DNA of 64,000 nucleotides from Candidatus Yanofskybacteria bacterium (GTDB lineage Bacteria; Patescibacteriota; Minisyncoccia; 2-02-FULL-40-12; IGHO2-01-FULL-4-A): NCBI GenBank assembly GCA_016181175.1, contig JACOZV010000002.1, positions 64,115 to 128,114 of the forward strand, read 5' to 3'. Shown piece by piece: positions 9,310 to 17,508 of this stretch (position 1 is its first letter; each line of letters starts with the position of its first letter). The notes under the pieces were generated by a model. It saw only the letters and a program-made list of their open reading frames with translations, ran no database searches and was not told where the DNA came from. The position numbers and the translations under genes were made by a program.

Positions 9310-9473
9310 TATTTGTAATTAAACTTTTTAATAAATCGGCGTACAGTTTTTACAACAAGCAAAATAATAGCCAAAATCAAAAACAGCCACATCAACCAAA
9401 TGGTCAAACTTAAAACCAGACCAATCAAAAATAAACCGATAAAAATTGTAATTAAAGTTTCTAAGATACCCAT
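9309..9473 (-). CDS. hydrophobic micropeptide (54 aa), translationally coupled to alaS
   Basis: Hand translation gives MGILETLITIFIGLFLIGLVLSLTIWLMWLFLILAIILLVVKTVRRFIKKFNYK*. Its TAG stop overlaps the alaS GTG start by 1 nt. Not in the ORF track (<60 aa). Confidence 0.35.
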   Translation of the reverse strand: MGILETLITIFIGLFLIGLVLSLTIWLMWLFLILAIILLVVKTVRRFIKKFNYK

Positions 9474-9479
9474 TTTTTG

Positions 9480-9552
9480 GGGGGATCTAGGGGATTCGAA
9501 CCCCTGACCCTTCTGCCACAGAGAAGTGTGTTGCCATTACACCAAGATCCCC
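9480..9552 (-). tRNA. tRNA-His (GUG) with encoded G-1
   Basis: Minus-strand sequence GGGGATCTTGGTGTAATGGCAACACACTTCTCTGTGGCAGAAGGGTCAGGGGTTCGAATCCCCTAGATCCCC. Anticodon loop CTGTGGC, T-arm AGGGG-TTCGAAT-CCCCT. The 8-bp acceptor includes G-1:C73, which is typical of tRNA-His. Confidence 0.85.
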
Positions 9553-10031
9553 ATGAATTTCTTATGTTCGACTTTGTCGTGGTGGATAAGATAGTGACAA
9601 TTATGGCAAAGCCAAACCAAGTTTTCTATTTTATTGTTCATCCTATTCTCGTCTAAATGATGCACTGCTAAAATTCTCTTATCTTTTAACTTACAAAATT
9701 TACACGCCTGCTTGGCATGACTTCTTAAGAGAATATGTCTGTATCTATGCAGGCCGCCTTTCCAAAATGGATGTTTTTCTCCAGAGAAAAAAACATTTCT
9801 CCATATAGTCTGACATCTCTTTGTACAGAAAAATTTACCACTTTTCGAATGCCTTAATTCTTTAGGCATTTTCCATGCTAATTTATTGCATGTGGAACAA
9901 TTTATAAATTTACCGCGACGTTGTCCTATCGTTTGGCATTTACGCGAACAGTATTTCCCGCCGCCAATTTTTAAGTGATATGGTTTGATATAGGATTTAT
10001 TCTTACAAATGTGGCATGTGATGGTGGGCAT
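9537..10031 (-). CDS. HNH endonuclease with N-terminal zinc-ribbon repeats
   Basis: C-terminus AVHHLDENRMNNKIENLVWLCHNCHYLIHHDK is a canonical HNH motif. The N-terminus has CxxC...CxxC pairs. The 3' end overlaps tRNA-His by about 16 nt. Confidence 0.75.
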   Translation of the reverse strand: MPTITCHICKNKSYIKPYHLKIGGGKYCSRKCQTIGQRRGKFINCSTCNKLAWKMPKELRHSKSGKFFCTKRCQTIWRNVFFSGEKHPFWKGGLHRYRHILLRSHAKQACKFCKLKDKRILAVHHLDENRMNNKIENLVWLCHNCHYLIHHDKVEHKKFMGILV

Positions 10032-10049
10032 TAACTAAATTATATCTGT

Positions 10050-10127
10050 TTCTGCCTATTGTTGCAAGACTGCTCTGTGGATTAAATCCTCTCTCTACCA
10101 TTGAGCTACGGCCACCATACGGCAAAA
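10050..10127 (-). pseudogene. tRNA-like fragment (acceptor/D-arm signature only)
   Basis: Minus strand reads GGTGGCCGTAGCTCAATGGTAGAG..., a typical tRNA 5' half. No consistent anticodon or T-arm could be folded. It is adjacent to the HNH gene. Confidence 0.35.
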
Positions 10128-10188
10128 TTATAACAAGTTTTTAATTTACTTTCAAGCTGAAATGCGATATAATTAGCACTAATAAACA

Positions 10189-10260
10189 CCGCCCGTAGTT
10201 CAACGGACAGAACGAGGGACTTCTAATCCCTAAATCGAGGTTCGATTCCTCGCGGGCGGA
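10189..10260 (+). tRNA. tRNA-Arg (UCU)
   Basis: CCGCCCG-TA-GTTCAACGGACAGAAC-G-AGGGA-CTTCTAA-TCCCT-AAATC-GAGGTTCGATTCCTCG-CGGGCGG-A. The 7-bp acceptor pairs. Anticodon TCT. T-loop TTCGATT. Confidence 0.85.
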
Positions 10261-10263
10261 CAT

Positions 10264-10476
10264 ATGAAAATTTGGAAATGGCTTTTATATATTACTAATA
10301 ACGAGGAAAAATCACGGCACGAAGAGCTTTTTGATGTTGCCTTTTTTAGTCTCAATACCATTGCGGTTGTTTTTGGAATTGTTATGTTTATAATCCACAA
10401 CGAACCACAGTGGATACCGATTCTTGTTATTGAGTATACTTGGGCATTAGATAGTATGAGACACAATAGGCCATAA
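10264..10476 (+). CDS. possible small membrane protein (70 aa)
   Basis: ORF starts 4 nt after tRNA-Arg. One hydrophobic helix IAVVFGIVMFII. No other support. Confidence 0.2.
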   Translation: MKIWKWLLYITNNEEKSRHEELFDVAFFSLNTIAVVFGIVMFIIHNEPQWIPILVIEYTWALDSMRHNRP

Positions 10477-10516
10477 ATATTTAGAAAAGGGTATTCTACA
10501 AATTTATAAATTTATA

Positions 10517-10587
10517 CGGGCCGTGGTGTAACGGTAGCACGAGACGTTTGGGACGTTTTAGCCCGAGTTCGAATCTCGGCGGCCCGA
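10517..10587 (+). tRNA. tRNA-Pro (UGG)
   Basis: CGGGCCG-TG-GTGTAACGGTAGCAC-G-AGACG-TTTGGGA-CGTTT-TAGC-CCGAG-TTCGAAT-CTCGG-CGGCCCG-A. Anticodon TGG. Confidence 0.85.
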
Positions 10588-10598
10588 CAGTTAAAATC

Positions 10599-10640
10599 GC
10601 GGGTATCGTATAGTGGCAGTACGGCAGTTTTCCATATGTT
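10599..10640 (+). pseudogene. tRNA-Gly 5' fragment (truncated copy)
   Basis: GCGGGTATCGTATAGTGGCAGTAC... resembles the 5' half of the adjacent intact tRNA-Gly (GCGGGTATAGTATAGCAGCAGTATGAC) but has no complementary anticodon or T-arm or acceptor 3' strand. Confidence 0.45.
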
Positions 10641-10662
10641 TTGGTAATTAATTTGCTATATA

Positions 10663-10700
10663 AAACAAAAGGCCTCCGGGGTATGGAGACCTTTTGTTTT
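10663..10700. terminator. bidirectional intrinsic terminator
   Basis: aaaacaaaaggcctccggggtatggagaccttttgtttt is a GC stem with mirror-image A-run and T-run. Confidence 0.7.
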
Positions 10701-10705
10701 ATATG

Positions 10706-10776
10706 AGCGGGTAACGGGATTTGCACCCGTGTCTACTCCTTGGAAGGGAGTCATACTGCTGCTATACTATACCCGC
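10706..10776 (-). tRNA. tRNA-Gly (UCC)
   Basis: Minus strand GCGGGTA-TA-GTATAGCAGCAGTATGAC-TCC-CTTCCAA-GGAGT-AGAC-ACGGG-TGCAAAT-CCCGT-TACCCGC-T. Anticodon TCC. Acceptor stem pairs 7/7. Confidence 0.85.
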
Positions 10777-10780
10777 AATT

Positions 10781-11533
10781 TTATTGCGATAACACACCAT
10801 ATATCCAACCCTTTATTCTCCTAAATAGTTTTACCCCAAAAGCAATATTTCCATTTGCCTTTATAGTAACATGAGCAGTACCAAAAGGCAGCTTTTTTCT
10901 TTTATAGATTTTTTTATTTTCTCTGCGATCTATTTGTACTTTTTGGAAGTTTTTATCAGACAAACCAGTTTCTTTTTTCCAGAATTTGATTGATTCATTA
11001 ATGTTGTTATCAGGGTATAAATGAAGTCTTATGGCAAAGTTATCATCTGGCAAGCCGATTATTTCTTTAAACCATCTTATGGAGAGCCTTATTACTGCTG
11101 GATCAGCATTGATTACTCGAATAATATCATTATTTTTAGTACCCTCTCCTATATAAATGCCAAGTCCTAAAAGCCACAAGTCTCGGTTGCTAAGTTTTCC
11201 GATTTCTTTAGCGCCAGCTTCAAGTAATTCCTTAGTTTCTTGTACTTTACGATTGTGGCTTTTTTCGGCTGATTTCATGGGCCCGCGGTATATTCTATCT
11301 AAAACTTCTATGTTAGGAGTAAACTTACGATCTCTAAACCAGTCACTTAGAGTACTTTTTGATATTCCTATACTTGCCGAGATCATGTTATAGGAGTATC
11401 CCCTATCTCTTAGTTTTGTTGCCTGATTTTTAAGTTTATTAATTCTGGTCATAGCCTCATTATACCAGACTATAGTCACGGGTTCAATAAAATCGGAATT
11501 AAAAAGTGTGGCAGTTGTAGAATTTATCTGCAT
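10781..11533 (-). CDS. LAGLIDADG-like homing endonuclease homologue with N-terminal HTH domain
   Basis: Central motif LWLLGLGIYIGEGTK fits the LAGLIDADG consensus (hydrophobic-G-hydrophobic-hydrophobic-acidic-G-acidic-G). N-terminus RDRGYSYNMISASIGISKSTLSDWFR is helix-turn-helix-like. It lies in the tRNA cluster. Confidence 0.5.
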   Translation of the reverse strand: MQINSTTATLFNSDFIEPVTIVWYNEAMTRINKLKNQATKLRDRGYSYNMISASIGISKSTLSDWFRDRKFTPNIEVLDRIYRGPMKSAEKSHNRKVQETKELLEAGAKEIGKLSNRDLWLLGLGIYIGEGTKNNDIIRVINADPAVIRLSIRWFKEIIGLPDDNFAIRLHLYPDNNINESIKFWKKETGLSDKNFQKVQIDRRENKKIYKRKKLPFGTAHVTIKANGNIAFGVKLFRRIKGWIYGVLSQ

Positions 11534-11696
11534 CTAATTTTCCCTTCAATCAAGCAGTTTATTCTCATTGCCCCCTACCCGCTCCCCCAGTCCAACTGGG
11601 ACCCCCTCACCCACAGTTGGAATGGGGAGTCGAGTTTGACTCGCCTCCCCAACTATATAATTATATTAAGAATAAAAAGTCTGACTTTTTATTCTT

Positions 11697-11885
11697 ATGA
11701 ATAAGTATTACGTATACACATTGCTCTCACTTAAAGATAGGCGATTTTATGTTGGTTTCACCGCCAACCTAAAAAACCGTCTTCAGCAACACGCTCACCA
11801 AGATGCCAAAGCCAGAGAAGTGTTTCTCAAAAGTGGTTTTGGCAGAAACCAAATGAAGCAGGCATTAAAACAAACACTTTTGTAG
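11697..11885 (+). CDS. GIY-YIG nuclease domain protein (62 aa)
   Basis: MNKYYVYTLLSLKDRRFYVGFTANLKNRLQQH is a textbook GIY-YIG core (YVY...YVG...N...R...H). Confidence 0.7.
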   Translation: MNKYYVYTLLSLKDRRFYVGFTANLKNRLQQHAHQDAKAREVFLKSGFGRNQMKQALKQTLL

Positions 11886-11911
11886 CCTATTTCCTATACT
11901 CGCTCCACAAT

Positions 11912-11945
11912 AAAAAAAAGCTGATTTTTATTAATCAGCCTATCT
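11912..11945. terminator. intrinsic terminator hairpin (bidirectional)
   Basis: aaaaaaaagctgatttttattaatcagc has stem gctgatt/aatcagc with A/T flanks. Confidence 0.55.
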
Positions 11946-12270
11946 ACTGCTTTGAGTTTTTACGACTCTTCGTCATCTGAAGTAATAACTTTAAATCACT
12001 AGTCGGCTCTTTTTTATACATTGAAAGCAACTCATTTCTTGTAATAATTTCTGCTTTATCACGAATAAGGTCATTGATGTGTCGACGAGTATACCAATCA
12101 ACGCCGTTTTCTCTTATGAACTTTTTGTCACCTGGACAACTATTGAGTGCATAAAAACCTGGCTTTTCGAGAAAACTCTCGTGCCTAACTACAATACCGA
12201 GCACTCTTCCGAAAACACAAACAATATCCCCACGCTTTAGTTTTGTTTGTGAAGTAATCAGTGTTGCCAC
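11944..12270 (-). CDS. hypothetical protein (108 aa)
   Basis: ORF with a plausible context. KRGDIVCVFGRVLGIVV is faintly PemK/MazF-like but not diagnostic. Confidence 0.4.
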   Translation of the reverse strand: MATLITSQTKLKRGDIVCVFGRVLGIVVRHESFLEKPGFYALNSCPGDKKFIRENGVDWYTRRHINDLIRDKAEIITRNELLSMYKKEPTSDLKLLLQMTKSRKNSKQ

Positions 12271-12462
12271 AAAAACTCCCTCATATGCATAGAACTGACT
12301 CCCAATTTAACTCATTTGAATTATCTCTGCAAGTAATTAATCCTAACTACTTCTATTGCCAAGCTAGGTATATAAAATAAGTCTGTAGCTGATTCCCAAT
12401 AGGTTCTCCCTCGGGAATACTCGGGACAGGTAACGTCATCTACTAACCCGCTCCAAGAAAAA

Positions 12463-12490
12463 TAAAACCACTTCTTAAGAAGTGGCTAGA
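12463..12490 (-). terminator. intrinsic terminator of sigma-factor gene
   Basis: Perfect palindrome ccacttcttaagaagtgg followed, on the minus strand, by TTTTATTTTT. Confidence 0.7.
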
Positions 12491-13158
12491 GTCTGCAATT
12501 TTTGAAGGGCTTTATGGCGTTGGGATTTTACATTTCCCAATGAACACCCGAGTATGCGGGCGATTTCTTTATATTCAAATCCTTCTAAGTCGCGTAACGC
12601 TAGAGTTTCTTTATAACCCGGGGGCAAACCACGCATAAGTTTGTTTACAGATAATTTATTTGGCACGTTTTCTAATGTGCGATCAGGTTCGCCAATTTCA
12701 CTTTTTCTGAACACACACCGATCGCCATGCGTAATAACTTCACCTCGCAATGTGCTTACTATTCTGCCTTCGTCTGTAACCTGACATTCTTGCAGTTCTT
12801 CAATTGAAAAAACGTAATATTTCTTGCGGCGGCAAGACATAAGAAAAACATTAACGGCAATTCTATGAAGCCAAGTATAGAAACCGGCGTTTCTTTTAAA
12901 AGTGCTTAGTTTGGAAAAGGCCAATATAAATGTATCCTGAAGAAAATCTTCAGAATCGTGCACGTTACCCTTTGTTAGTCGCATAAAAACCAAAAAAATT
13001 CTTTGCTGGTATTTCTCAAAAAGCTCGCCAAATGATGATTTATCTCCTGATAAAACTTTATCTATAATCTGAAAATCAGCCGTGTTATTGTTGTGGCTTT
13101 TTATTTCGTAATCGTTTTTTGGCATTTTGCCATCCTCCCCCAATTTGTTAAAAAACAC
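12475..13158 (-). CDS. RNA polymerase sigma factor, sigma-70/ECF family
   Basis: Region 2 (FLQDTFILAFSKLSTFKRNAGFYTWLHRIAVNV) and region 4 HTH (LALRDLEGFEYKEIARILGCSLGNVKSQRHKALQKL). Confidence 0.8.
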   Translation of the reverse strand: MFFNKLGEDGKMPKNDYEIKSHNNNTADFQIIDKVLSGDKSSFGELFEKYQQRIFLVFMRLTKGNVHDSEDFLQDTFILAFSKLSTFKRNAGFYTWLHRIAVNVFLMSCRRKKYYVFSIEELQECQVTDEGRIVSTLRGEVITHGDRCVFRKSEIGEPDRTLENVPNKLSVNKLMRGLPPGYKETLALRDLEGFEYKEIARILGCSLGNVKSQRHKALQKLQTLATS

Positions 13159-13258
13159 TTCACATAGCTTAGCATAAACATTTTATTTAGTCAATCTTGT
13201 GCGGTAAATTAAAAACCGCTATTACGCGGTTTTTAATTTAATAATACCTTAGACCTGT

Positions 13259-13335
13259 CCCATTAGAGAGTCCGATATCGGAAACAGTGCTCATGTAATT
13301 CACCGGTGAGTGATTTGAGCGTACTCTCTAACGGG
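13259..13335. mobile_element. MITE-like element, copy 6 (degenerate, 77 bp)
   Basis: Ends cccattagagagt / actctctaacggg, a 13-bp TIR with 1 mismatch. Same CCC(G/A)TTAGA...TCTAACGGG termini as the other copies. Lies in the hup 3' region. Confidence 0.55.
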
Positions 13336-13350
13336 ATCCAAAGTACTATT

Positions 13351-13632
13351 TTATAAAACTGCTTCTTTGAGCGCTTTAGCTGGAGTAAATTTGGCCTTTT
13401 TGGATGCTTTTACTTGAACCTGCTCTCCTGTTCTGGGGTTACGTGCCATACGGGCTGGGCGGTCAACAACCTTAAAAACTCCGAAACCGCTCAAATTTAA
13501 TTTCTTGTCTCCGCTTTTCATTGCCTTAACGACTTCTTCCAAAACAATGTCCAGATATTCTCCGGCTTGTTTCTTGGAGACATTCCACCTGTCGGCTAAA
13601 GTTTGAACAAATTGATTTTTCTTGACTGGCAT
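13351..13632 (-). CDS. hup: DNA-binding protein HU
   Basis: GFGVFKVVDRPARMARNPRTGEQVQVKASKKAKFTPAKALKEAV carries the HU/IHF arm signature. Confidence 0.9.
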   Translation of the reverse strand: MPVKKNQFVQTLADRWNVSKKQAGEYLDIVLEEVVKAMKSGDKKLNLSGFGVFKVVDRPARMARNPRTGEQVQVKASKKAKFTPAKALKEAVL

Positions 13633-13704
13633 AAGACACCCCCTTTCTTTGATAGAGATGGTTTTAAAATCATCTCAAACTTTTAACTTTAAATTAAACT
13701 ATAA

Positions 13705-15237
13705 TTAGCGCGCATATTCAATAGCTCTTGTTTCTCTAATCACATTCACCTTAATTTCTCCAGGATATTTCATTTCCGATTCTATTCTTTTAGCGATATC
13801 ACGTGCCAATTTCATGGCTGTAAGGTCGTCTACCTTAGTTGGAGTTACAAAAATTCTCAATTCCCGTCCTGCCTGGATCGCATATGATTTTTCAACGCCC
13901 TCAAAGGAACTGGCTATTTTCTCTAAATCCTCTAAGCGTTTTAGGTAAATTTCTACCGTATCGCGTCGTGCTCCCGGTCTGGCTCCAGAAATTGCATCAG
14001 CCGATTGCACTATTCTTGATTCAAGTGTTGAATACGGGTATTCCTCGTGGTGTGCTTCCATGGCCGCGACCACCTTCTCGTCCGTGCCAAATTTTTGTAA
14101 AAGCTTGCGGCCTATCTCAACATGTGTTCCTTGAACCTCGTGATCTACTGCCTTTCCTATATCATGGAATAAAGCGCCTTTTTTTGCAACCATTACGTCC
14201 GCGCCAATTTCAGCTGCAAGCATGCCTGATATGTGAGCCATCTCAATTGAATGCAATAATACATTTTGGCCAAAACTTGTCCTAAATGCAAGACGTCCAA
14301 GTAGATAAGTCAATCTGGGGTCAACAGTGCCAGCGCCCACTTCAAATAATGCCGCCTCTCCCGCCTGTTTTATTTTTTCATTTATTTCGGCTTTTGCTTT
14401 TTCTACCGTTTCCTCAATTCTGGCTGGATGAATACGTCCGTCAGCAATAAGTTTGTCTATTGTCAGTTTGGCAATTTGTCGGCGTACAGGGTCAAAACCA
14501 GAAACAACCAGTACTTCTGGAGTGTCATCAATAATTATATCAACTCCGGTTAATCGTTCAATGGTCTTTATATTTCTTCCTTCCTTACCAATTATTTTGC
14601 CCTTTACCTCGTCAGACGGCAAGGCCACAACAGTAGTCATAGCGTCGGAAATATGGGATCCAGCGTACCGCTGAATGGCAGAGGTCAAAACCTCCCGTGC
14701 CTTCTTATCCACCTCTTCTTTGTTGGATTGTTCAAATTTACGTATTTTTTCAACTAATTCGTTTTTGTACTCATCTTCGAGGTTTCTGAAAAGTATATCT
14801 TTTGCTTCATCTTTTTTAAGGCCGGCTATCTTTTGAAGTTCTTGATTTTGGGTTTGTAATTTTGTTTCTAACTCTATTTTTAATTCGCTGACCTCTGCAA
14901 CTTTGGAGGTAACAATTTGCTTTTCTTTGTCCATATCTTTTGCTTTGGTATCAAGTTCTGCCTCACGTTTAGCCAGCATGTTTTCAATTCTTACCAATTG
15001 CTGATGTCGTTCTTCCTCTACCCTTTTGGCTTCTTCCAGAGTTTTTAAAGAATTATTTTTTGCTTCCAAAATTAAATCCTGAGCCTTATTTTTGGCTTCG
15101 GTTAGGAGATTTTCAGCACGAGTACGTGCTGAACTTATTTTCTTGTTTGTAAGAAGGAGACTAAGTAAATAACCTACCGCGAGACCAGAAAGTAACGCTA
15201 AAACCCCTCCAATAACGGAGTAGATGCCAATATTCAT
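13705..15237 (-). CDS. rny: ribonuclease Y
   Basis: N-terminal TM, coiled coil, KH domain (GKIIGKEGRNIKTIERLTGVDIIIDD), HD domain (HSIEMAHISGMLAAEIGAD...FHDIGKAVDHE). Confidence 0.9.
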   Translation of the reverse strand: MNIGIYSVIGGVLALLSGLAVGYLLSLLLTNKKISSARTRAENLLTEAKNKAQDLILEAKNNSLKTLEEAKRVEEERHQQLVRIENMLAKREAELDTKAKDMDKEKQIVTSKVAEVSELKIELETKLQTQNQELQKIAGLKKDEAKDILFRNLEDEYKNELVEKIRKFEQSNKEEVDKKAREVLTSAIQRYAGSHISDAMTTVVALPSDEVKGKIIGKEGRNIKTIERLTGVDIIIDDTPEVLVVSGFDPVRRQIAKLTIDKLIADGRIHPARIEETVEKAKAEINEKIKQAGEAALFEVGAGTVDPRLTYLLGRLAFRTSFGQNVLLHSIEMAHISGMLAAEIGADVMVAKKGALFHDIGKAVDHEVQGTHVEIGRKLLQKFGTDEKVVAAMEAHHEEYPYSTLESRIVQSADAISGARPGARRDTVEIYLKRLEDLEKIASSFEGVEKSYAIQAGRELRIFVTPTKVDDLTAMKLARDIAKRIESEMKYPGEIKVNVIRETRAIEYAR

Positions 15238-15397
15238 TGTGTTGTAGTAGCATAAACATTACGTATACGTAGTACGTAGCGAGTAATATGTAGAAAACTC
15301 CATATTACTTTCCGCTTGCTGCGTGCGTATTGCTTAGAAAGTTAAGTTTAAGATAAATAAGACCTGATTTAATTATAGTCTAAATAAACGCGGCCGT

Positions 15398-15425
15398 CAA
15401 ACAAATGTAAAAGCGGGCTACTTGG
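15398..15425 (-). terminator. intrinsic terminator after dksA-like gene
   Basis: Minus strand gggcgggccaagtagcccgctttt has stem gcgggc/gcccgc plus a T-run. Confidence 0.55.
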
Positions 15426-15438
15426 CCCGCCCGAACTC

Positions 15439-15825
15439 CTAATCGGCTATTTTATGTTTTATTTTCTTACTTTCGTCTTTTTTAGAACAGGTAAGGCATT
15501 CCGTTGCCCAAGGAATTGCTTTTAGGCGTATTGTGGGAATCTTACTTTTGCAAGAGAGGCAGAAGCCATAGTTTCCATTTTTAATGTTCAAAATTGCCTG
15601 ACTTATTTTAAAAATTTGCTTTGCGCAGCCATTGGCAAGGTGCAGATTGACTTCTTGATCCAAAATTGTGCTGGCAAGATCCGCGGAATCCCTTAGTCCA
15701 TCTTCTCCGATGGCAACAAGGCCCCTAAGTGCTTGTTTTTGTCGGTCAAGGCATTCTCTTAATTTTAACCCAAGAAGTTCTTCCCGTTTCTTTAGAAAGC
15801 TTTCTGTTAAAGCCATATTATTCAT
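15439..15825 (-). CDS. DksA/TraR-family C4 zinc-finger protein
   Basis: C-terminal CLSCKSKIPTIRLKAIPWATECLTC (CxxC-17-CxxC) after a coiled-coil N-terminal half. Confidence 0.7.
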   Translation of the reverse strand: MNNMALTESFLKKREELLGLKLRECLDRQKQALRGLVAIGEDGLRDSADLASTILDQEVNLHLANGCAKQIFKISQAILNIKNGNYGFCLSCKSKIPTIRLKAIPWATECLTCSKKDESKKIKHKIAD

Positions 15826-15888
15826 CCTCCAAGTAGTAAAAGAACGCCTAATACCCGCCTAAATTGATAATAGTAAATCAAAACATAT

Positions 15889-17508
15889 ATGTCAATAAAC
15901 AATAAATATCCTTTTTGTTATCATGGTGAGATGGCAGAAAATAAAAAACCACTAGTTTTGGCGATTTTGGACGGTTGGGGTTTCAACAAAAAAGAAGTTG
16001 GTAACCCGATTGCAATGGCAAACAAACCCACCCTTGATAGACTCGTCAGCCAATTCCCAATGTTGCTTTTGCAGGCATCTGGTTTGGCGGTAGGTATGAC
16101 CTGGGGTGAATCCGGAAACAGCGAAGTTGGCCATTTGAATATTGGCGCAGGACGAGTTATTGAACAGTATCTTTCGCGCATTAACCGTGCGGTTAAGGAC
16201 GGTTCTTTTTTTGTCAATGACGCATTAACCGGTGCGTTTGATCATGCCAGAAAAAACAGTGGACAAGTTCATCTTGTGGGACTGTTAACTTCCGGCACGG
16301 TGCATGCCGACTTTTCGCACATTGTTGCCTTGCTTGAGTTCGCCCGCCAAAAAACCACCCTGGATGTTTATTTGCATTTATTTTTGGACGGTAAGGATTC
16401 CGGTTTACAAGAAGCGCCAGCATTGTTGGAAAAACTAAGTTTAGAAATAACAAGCAAAGGTTGCGGCAAAATAGCAACTCTTATTGGGCGTAATTTTGCA
16501 ATGGATAGGGACAATAATTGGGGCTCAACAGAGCGTTCTTATCGTTTATTGACTGCCGGCGAAGGCGAAATGAGTGATGACTATATAAAAACGGTAAAGA
16601 ATTATTATGCATCGGGCAAGAATGATTCCACCATGGAGGCCATAGTCAATGCCAAGTCAGGATTTAAGATCATAAACGAAAACGATGCCGTTATTTTCTT
16701 TAATTTCAGGGAAGACAGCATGAGGCAAATTTTGAAACCGTTTGTTGAGGAGGGTTTTTCACTATTCCAAAAAAAGGACTTAAAGAATGTATTTATTTGT
16801 ACCATGACCAAATATTCGGAAAACCCTATTGCTCATGTGGCGTTTGCGCCGCCAATAGTTATTAACAGTTTAGCAGAGGTGTTGGAGAATAACGGTATGA
16901 ACCAGTTTCATATAGCCGAAAGTGAAAAATACGCCCACGTAACCTATTTTTTTAACGGTTTAAGAGAACAAGGATTTAGTAAAGAAGTTGATGTTTTTAT
17001 TGAATCTGATAAAAATAGTCCGCAAGAACCCGCAATGAAAAGCAAAGAAATTGCTGAAAAAGTTATTGGGGAAATCAATAAAAATATTTACGATTTTATT
17101 ATTTTAAATTTTGCTAATGCCGATATCTTAGCTCATACTGGTGATTTTAAAACTGTAACTAAGGGCATTGAGGCGGTTGATTCGGCGCTTGGTTTGGTTG
17201 TAAATAAGATTCTTGAATTGGACGGGGTTATGATCGTTACTTCCGATCATGGCAATGCCGAATCACTGGTTTACCGTAGTAGCGGTGAAGCGGAAACGAG
17301 GCACAATGATAGTCCAGTGCCGTTTTATTTGGTGGGTCAGCAATACCAAACCAATAAAACCACGGAAAGAATTGCTCAAGAAACAAGTGAGATAGCGGGC
17401 ATACTCGGCGATATTGCGCCGACAATTCTGGAGCTAATGGGCATTTCCCAACCCGAAGAAATAACCGGGAAGAGTCTATTGCCGCTACTGGTAGCAAATA
17501 CTACTTAA
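15889..17508 (+). CDS. gpmI: 2,3-bisphosphoglycerate-independent phosphoglycerate mutase
   Basis: LVLAILDGWGF...GNSEVGHLNIGAGR and a C-terminal metal-binding region. The true start is probably the MAENKK codon at 15931. Confidence 0.85.
   Translation: MSINNKYPFCYHGEMAENKKPLVLAILDGWGFNKKEVGNPIAMANKPTLDRLVSQFPMLLLQASGLAVGMTWGESGNSEVGHLNIGAGRVIEQYLSRINRAVKDGSFFVNDALTGAFDHARKNSGQVHLVGLLTSGTVHADFSHIVALLEFARQKTTLDVYLHLFLDGKDSGLQEAPALLEKLSLEITSKGCGKIATLIGRNFAMDRDNNWGSTERSYRLLTAGEGEMSDDYIKTVKNYYASGKNDSTMEAIVNAKSGFKIINENDAVIFFNFREDSMRQILKPFVEEGFSLFQKKDLKNVFICTMTKYSENPIAHVAFAPPIVINSLAEVLENNGMNQFHIAESEKYAHVTYFFNGLREQGFSKEVDVFIESDKNSPQEPAMKSKEIAEKVIGEINKNIYDFIILNFANADILAHTGDFKTVTKGIEAVDSALGLVVNKILELDGVMIVTSDHGNAESLVYRSSGEAETRHNDSPVPFYLVGQQYQTNKTTERIAQETSEIAGILGDIAPTILELMGISQPEEITGKSLLPLLVANTT

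Noticed and set aside
10040-10127. Complete tRNA at the tRNA-like fragment
   Set aside because: It has a good acceptor/D-arm-like 5' half (minus strand). I could not pair an anticodon stem, a T-arm (no GTTCRA-type loop), or a 3' acceptor strand in either orientation. Reported as a fragment only.
10230-10466. 78-aa minus-strand ORF
   Set aside because: Overlaps tRNA-Arg and is antisense to the more plausible small plus-strand ORF. No SD.
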